A DNA stretch of 38,619 nt from a virus (taxonomy: Duplodnaviria > Caudoviricetes). Location of the stretch: positions 1 to 38,619 of the IMG/VR virus record IMGVR_UViG_3300044858_000265. The stretch is one strand, 5' to 3'. How positions within the stretch are numbered: the first letter of the stretch is position 1; every line of letters begins with the position of its first letter. Shown piece after piece: positions 34,276-38,619 of this stretch. Both the position numbers and the translations under genes were made by a program. Under the pieces are notes generated by a model. The model was given only the letters and a program-made list of their open reading frames with translations, did no database searches and was not told the DNA's origin.

Positions 34276-35769
34276 TTAGTTGAGTTGGTTTTCGTTTAGG
34301 CCGTATCCAGCAAACATGTAACTGTACGACTCCGTGCGGATGGTATATACGATACCAGCATTGGGGTCAGTTGTCAGTACAAACTCGCCATTTACGACAG
34401 GTTCGTGGATAAGATGACTGTTAATTGTACCGGGTACTGCAAAGTACGTAAACTTGTCATCCGACATAAATGCAAAGTCATAAAGCGGCGTAGACTGCCC
34501 AAGGGTCAGTGCCAAGTTAATAGCATCTGCCATTGTTACAGCATCTGTCTGAACATTCTCTATTGCAAAGGAATTGATAGCGTCTGTTGCTGTAACTGAG
34601 TCGGTCTGTACATCCCCTATTGCAAAGGCAGTAATAGCATCTGTTGCTGTAACTGAGTCGGTTTGTACATCCCCAAAATTAAGTGCCGTTGCATCTGCCA
34701 TTGTTACAGAATCGGTCTGTACATCATCTACTGCAAAAGCTGGGGCATCTGCCATAGTCACAGAATCGGTCTGTACATCGTCTACTGCAAAAGCTGGGGC
34801 ATCCGTAGCAGTAGCCGTGTCCGTAATGTTAGGGCGAGTAAATTCTTTCGCCATCACATCACCCATAGTCACTGGGTCTGGGTCAGCATCAGCATCTACT
34901 ACGTCAAAGTCAAACTCATAGCCCGGTGTCTTAGCAATAAAATCCGTCATCTCAACGGAGTCAGTCAAGACTTTATCGACTACAAATGTGTTGACCGCAT
35001 CCGTTGCTGTTGCTGTATCATTAGGGTTTACCCCTATATCAAACGGGCCAAACGCATCAGAGGCTGTAACTGTTTCAGTCTTACCTAACTCGGACTGTCG
35101 TGAAGAATCATCAGCCGTGGTCACTGAATCAGTAACATCAGGACGGGTGAAGTCTTTAGCCGCTGCGTCTGTAGCCGTCACACTATCAGCAACAACTTTA
35201 GCTGTGTTAAATTCTGTTACTACATCAGTTGCAGCAGCAGAATCCGTCAGTGCCTTACCAACATCTTTGGTGTTGATTACATCATCCACACTAGATGTGG
35301 AGTCCGACAATACTTTATCAGTAGTTTTAGCGTCAGCATCAGTAGCTTCAGCAGTATCAGCTAGGGTTTTCCCTACATCTTTTGCGTCTACGTCTACCAC
35401 GACGATGGGGTCTGGGTCGGCGTCAGGGTCTAATGGGTCAAAGTCAATATTGCCATAGAACATCCGATTGATTGCATCAGTTGCCGTCACAGAATCTGTA
35501 AACGCAGCATCGTACGAAATAGCCACGTCATCTGTGGCTGTAGCTACGTCAATAGATATTTGCCCAATATTTAGGGCACGGAAGTCAGACATTTGTACAA
35601 TCTGATTTTCCAACGTGGCGGTAGGTACAACAAATGCTGCTGCTCTAATTACAGGTGTTGCGTGGGCTGTAGCCGTGACTCCGCCTGCCGCAGCAATATT
35701 AATGACCACTGAAGCAGTAGTCGCTAATAGAACTTGCGAGACAACGTAAGAGGCACGGATATTAGCCAT
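34276..35769 (-). CDS. Acidic Asp/Thr/Ala-rich repetitive virion protein (fibre/whisker shaft)
   Basis: Many 18-19 aa repeats with DSVTxxD core. Confidence 0.7.
   Translation of the reverse strand: MANIRASYVVSQVLLATTASVVINIAAAGGVTATAHATPVIRAAAFVVPTATLENQIVQMSDFRALNIGQISIDVATATDDVAISYDAAFTDSVTATDAINRMFYGNIDFDPLDPDADPDPIVVVDVDAKDVGKTLADTAEATDADAKTTDKVLSDSTSSVDDVINTKDVGKALTDSAAATDVVTEFNTAKVVADSVTATDAAAKDFTRPDVTDSVTTADDSSRQSELGKTETVTASDAFGPFDIGVNPNDTATATDAVNTFVVDKVLTDSVEMTDFIAKTPGYEFDFDVVDADADPDPVTMGDVMAKEFTRPNITDTATATDAPAFAVDDVQTDSVTMADAPAFAVDDVQTDSVTMADATALNFGDVQTDSVTATDAITAFAIGDVQTDSVTATDAINSFAIENVQTDAVTMADAINLALTLGQSTPLYDFAFMSDDKFTYFAVPGTINSHLIHEPVVNGEFVLTTDPNAGIVYTIRTESYSYMFAGYGLNENQLN
34525..34803 (-). 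repeat. Tandem 54-57 nt coding repeats (about five units, DVQTDSVTxxDA)
   Basis: 34706-34749 and 34760-34803 match at 43/44 nt; further units continue to ~34525. Confidence 0.9.
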
Positions 35770-36104
35770 TAGAAGTTCTCTCTGACCGTAAAGCGTAGGG
35801 TGTCGTACACAGTCTGAACTTGCCCGTTAAAGTTAATGACAATCTCACCTTCGTACATGCCGGGGTTTACATTAAGTACACCGCCTGTAAAGTCAAACTG
35901 TACCTGCCCTGTTGTACCGCCACTTAGTTTTGAAGTGCTAATAGTTGACAACAACGTAGTTGTACCAGCCTCACGAAACTTAATAGTCACCACCGTGGTA
36001 GACAGCGATAAGTCAATCGGTGACCCTGTATTATCGTCGGTCAACGTGAGAACAATGACTGGTCTCTCATCACCTTCTACTAAACGAATGACATCGACAG
36101 CCAT
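35769..36104 (-). CDS. BppU N-terminal-like Ig-fold virion protein (111 aa)
   Basis: GD.RP.IVLTL.D..G.PIDLS...GQVQF.F......G.YEGE; GAGG SD supports ATG 36104 rather than the 36137 start. Confidence 0.65.
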   Translation of the reverse strand: MAVDVIRLVEGDERPVIVLTLTDDNTGSPIDLSLSTTVVTIKFREAGTTTLLSTISTSKLSGGTTGQVQFDFTGGVLNVNPGMYEGEIVINFNGQVQTVYDTLRFTVRENF

Positions 36105-36111
36105 AGTAGCC

Positions 36112-36765
36112 TCACGCAAAAGGGCGCATTTGGACACTCATCGAGGCACGTGCTGCACCTAGATTAGCCCTTGCTCTGCGCTCGGTTATTTTAGAAATAT
36201 ATTGCTTAGCATGGTACGTTGCCAATTCACGGTCACTCCAATTTTTGTTTGGCATAACCAATAAATGCTGCAATGCACCATGCATAATGGTATTTTCTAG
36301 GTCATCCATAATTGTCTTGTCCATGCCCGTAGCAGTACGTAGCGGCTTTAAGACAGCAATCATCTTAAGGTCATAGGTTACAGAAGCATCAGGTAGTGGG
36401 GCAAGTACAAAATTATCAGGGTCTAGTTGACAAATATACCTAGGGTCAGCCCTCTGGTCTGGGTCTAAGTCAGGCCAGTTGGGGTAATGTATATACAATT
36501 TTTCAAGCGTTAAAGGCGTAAGAGGTGAGCCATTAACAGCAGCAGTTAGAAAAGCATGAACCTCTGTCTGCAACGGATTGTTATAGGGGTACTCAAACAC
36601 CCCCGGTGTTAGACGAATTGAAGGCTGCTCATAGCGCCACGCAAGAGTTTTCTCACAACACTCAATTGCTGCATCCCGAATATATTGCTCTAAGATAGGC
36701 TGAGGACACCCCGGCACACTAGGTGCAAGGCGGTTAGCCAAAGAAAGAAATGTACGAGTACTCAT
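36112..36765 (-). CDS. Head-tail adaptor / tail tubular protein A-like
   Basis: PSVPGCPQP..EQYIRDAAIECCEKTLAWR...LAPLPD...LKP...I.HGAL..LL.MPNK.WSD pattern. Confidence 0.7.
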   Translation of the reverse strand: MSTRTFLSLANRLAPSVPGCPQPILEQYIRDAAIECCEKTLAWRYEQPSIRLTPGVFEYPYNNPLQTEVHAFLTAAVNGSPLTPLTLEKLYIHYPNWPDLDPDQRADPRYICQLDPDNFVLAPLPDASVTYDLKMIAVLKPLRTATGMDKTIMDDLENTIMHGALQHLLVMPNKNWSDRELATYHAKQYISKITERRARANLGAARASMSVQMRPFA

Positions 36766-37412
36766 GATGCGACCACCGATTCGTTAGGTAAGCCTGCTTC
36801 TTCTGTATCAGTTAGAGTTCTTGCCTGTGCACTTACACCCAATGCTTGGGTAAACGCCTGCTGGAACAACTGGGCACGGTTAGAGTTTACATGCTCATTA
36901 TCAACCGACTCAGCTAGGAATACAGTACCATCAACTACAACAGGAAAGAAAGCATCAGGCAATAGCGCTACAGTCTGTGCGCCTGTGTAATTAGGAGGGG
37001 TCTGTGCGTATTCCCCAATAAGAATAAGGTCTGCGGGGGCTTTAGGATAAATAAAGAACTTGTTAGGGTTGCGTACATGACGCATCCAGTTAACAGTAGT
37101 TGCCGCCGTGTCGTTCATCCAGTTAGGGAGGGTTTGGTCAAGAACAGTACGGTCAACCTCAGTGACACCTGCTCCGTCTTTAACTTGGAAAATCTCAATA
37201 ATACGAATAGAGTCAGATGGCGGGGACTGAATAACAGTTCCAGCCGTACAAGGAATCTCTCCAATGTAGGCAAAGAGGTCGGGGCGTAGTACTGCCATAC
37301 GCTTTAGCGCCTGATTAGCAAAGCCTAGCAACACCGCATCACTATATCGTTGCGGTGCACTAATGTCTTGTATAAGACGACGAGCCTCTGTAACTACATC
37401 ATTGAGTATCAT
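36762..37412 (-). CDS. Second head-tail adaptor-like protein (DUF6682-like)
   Basis: ARRLIQD....RYSDAVLL.FANQA......RPD...LDQ..PNW...FFIYP pattern. Confidence 0.7.
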   Translation of the reverse strand: MILNDVVTEARRLIQDISAPQRYSDAVLLGFANQALKRMAVLRPDLFAYIGEIPCTAGTVIQSPPSDSIRIIEIFQVKDGAGVTEVDRTVLDQTLPNWMNDTAATTVNWMRHVRNPNKFFIYPKAPADLILIGEYAQTPPNYTGAQTVALLPDAFFPVVVDGTVFLAESVDNEHVNSNRAQLFQQAFTQALGVSAQARTLTDTEEAGLPNESVVAS

Positions 37413-37654
37413 TCGGGTAATCCCTTAGATGCATCTGCGTTGAGTTCATGGTTTTCGATAGGAGGTTCAACTGGAATTTCTTCTGTTGGAGTCTCCAACT
37501 TTAAACCGGTTTTACGACCAGTTTGCTTCTTTGGAATAAATTTCTCAGGAAATGCTTCTTCCTCAGTTACTTCCTCAACCAGTGGATTCTCAGCCAACAT
37601 CTCAGTGTAATCGTAAATAAAGCCATCGCGTTTGTTTCGTAGGTAACGTGCCAT
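37409..37654 (-). CDS. Hypothetical protein (81 aa)
   Basis: AGGAG SD; ATGA coupling to the next gene. Confidence 0.75.
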   Translation of the reverse strand: MARYLRNKRDGFIYDYTEMLAENPLVEEVTEEEAFPEKFIPKKQTGRKTGLKLETPTEEIPVEPPIENHELNADASKGLPE

Positions 37655-37663
37655 TTAATTCTC

Positions 37664-37897
37664 CTATCTATACTTACTGGTCTTAGCCGCTATTTTAGCT
37701 GGCTGTTTTACAAACTGTTGCCCTTTTGCTTTACCTTCGCGTTTCGCTTTAGTTGTAGCAGCATACTCTGCGGGGGTCAACGCTTTAATAGCCGACTCAG
37801 GTAAATACCGCTCACCTGTCTTTGACGACGGCTTACCACTCTTGGTGCGCCACTTCTGCGCAGTCCAATCTTTAAGCGACTTTTGCGGAGCTTTCAA
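37664..37897 (-). CDS. Small basic protein (77 aa), resembles the C-terminal half of DUF5872-type proteins
   Basis: TTG start overlapping upstream TGA (TTGA); QKSLKDWTAQKWRTKSGKPS..TGERYLP..A...LTPAEYAAT. Confidence 0.7.
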   Translation of the reverse strand: MKAPQKSLKDWTAQKWRTKSGKPSSKTGERYLPESAIKALTPAEYAATTKAKREGKAKGQQFVKQPAKIAAKTSKYR

Positions 37898-38088
37898 TCT
37901 TTGTACCCCCCACCAGCAGCTTTGTATTTCTTTGCAACAAGCTGTGCTTTGCGTGCAGACCACTGACCTGCGGCTGTACCTTGCACTGCTGCGGCCTTAA
38001 CCTGCGACACAATCCGCTTACGCAACTCAGGCTTCGTATAGTTACCTGCGGCGTTTACTTTGGATTTGGTTTTAGGTTTCGTAGCCAT
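37894..38088 (-). CDS. Small basic protein (64 aa), resembles the N-terminal half of DUF5872-type proteins
   Basis: NYTKPELRKRI...GQWSARKAQLVAKKYKAAGGGY. Confidence 0.8.
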   Translation of the reverse strand: MATKPKTKSKVNAAGNYTKPELRKRIVSQVKAAAVQGTAAGQWSARKAQLVAKKYKAAGGGYKD

Positions 38089-38089
38089 A

Positions 38090-38359
38090 TCACCACTTTA
38101 CCTTATCTGCCCAATAAGCGGCTGACATTTTTCCCTTAGCGATGTTCTTCGCATGGCGGGCTTTAAAACTTTTTTGTCTTGCCTTCTCACTTGGCGTGCT
38201 TGGGCTAGACCCAGCGCCACTTACACCTTGCTGACCAAAGCGAATAACTTTCTCTTTGCCGTCAGCACAGGCTTTAACTACATGAGACTTAGTAGCATGA
38301 CCCGGTGTTCTTTTCGGGGAATTACATGCCATCTCAGATTTTTTGATGACTTTAGCCAT
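38090..38359 (-). CDS. Small basic protein (89 aa), RFG...ARH...YW type (DUF5754-like)
   Basis: KVIRFGQQG...ARQKSFKARH......SAAYWADKVKW. Confidence 0.75.
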   Translation of the reverse strand: MAKVIKKSEMACNSPKRTPGHATKSHVVKACADGKEKVIRFGQQGVSGAGSSPSTPSEKARQKSFKARHAKNIAKGKMSAAYWADKVKW

Positions 38360-38619
38360 TAGACCGCCTCATACCAAACAGTAATTATGCAACTAGCAGG
38401 TAAATCAACGTACATACCTTCGTAAAACTCTACGCCCGGATTTGGCATATCAATTTGTGTAAGCCCTTTGCCGTATGCATTAATCGTATAGTGGGGTTCC
38501 CCACCCACAGGGGCAGTAGCCAAATCGTAAAACTTTACATTAGCATCTGAACCAGCGCTATGCATCACCATAACTTTGCGGATAATATGCCGCCCAACAA
38601 AAGCAGTTCCGGTTGTAGA
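38359..38619 (-). CDS. 3' part of a probable virion protein, truncated by the window edge
   Basis: Frame stays open to nt 38619 (STTGTAFVGRHIIRKVMVMHS...), so the true start is outside the window. Confidence 0.7.
   Translation of the reverse strand, partial: STTGTAFVGRHIIRKVMVMHSAGSDANVKFYDLATAPVGGEPHYTINAYGKGLTQIDMPNPGVEFYEGMYVDLPASCIITVWYEAV

Larger units (their letters stand above)
1..38619. mobile_element. Tailed dsDNA bacteriophage genome fragment (podovirus-like), convergent replication and structural/lysis blocks
   Basis: Dense overlapping genes; PolA, SNF2, primase, VRR-NUC on + strand; tail, adaptor, lysis and internal virion genes on - strand; no host housekeeping genes. Confidence 0.97.

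Noticed and set aside
34525-34803. Tandem repeats as a CRISPR array
   Set aside because: Units are contiguous, in-frame multiples of three within a CDS, with no unique spacers
37898-37963. N-terminal extension of the 99-aa ORF in the track (MVCTQSTACC...)
   Set aside because: Shadow of the upstream gene's codons; the TTGA-coupled start at 37897 is more plausible
1-38619. Stop-codon reassignment
   Set aside because: Long genes are intact under the standard code, and TAA, TGA and TAG all end genes at tight junctions

Overview
The window is a fragment of a tailed dsDNA bacteriophage genome, probably podovirus-like, judging by the tail-tube/adaptor proteins and three large internal ejection-type proteins. 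It has two convergent blocks. The + strand block (1-11728) holds early and replication genes: a DUF3310-like protein, family A DNA polymerase (Leu762 type), Cas4/RecB-like nuclease, VRR-NUC nuclease, SNF2 helicase, putative SSB, an HTH protein and a primase-DUF927 helicase. The - strand block (11725-38619) holds virion and lysis genes: small basic proteins, two adaptors, tail-fibre modules, holin and M15 endolysin, the tail nozzle, a GNAT-like protein, and internal virion proteins ending in a 2750-aa polyvalent-type protein. Terminase, portal and major capsid genes are not in the window and probably lie beyond the right edge. No integrase, tRNA, CRISPR array or reverse transcriptase was seen. 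The most striking observation is a 45-aa basic gene (MPFKSQAQRKYLYANEPK...) with its own GGAGGT ribosome-binding site, nested in the +1 frame inside the giant protein just after a MORN-repeat module. Other leads: a leader peptide plus poly-Gly N-terminus on an ejection protein next to a GNAT-like gene, a recurring [YM]A[EKN]GG motif, and two tail-fibre systems sharing a duplicated anchor domain. Several small genes missing from the ORF track were read by hand. All family names come from motif recognition by eye, not database searches.
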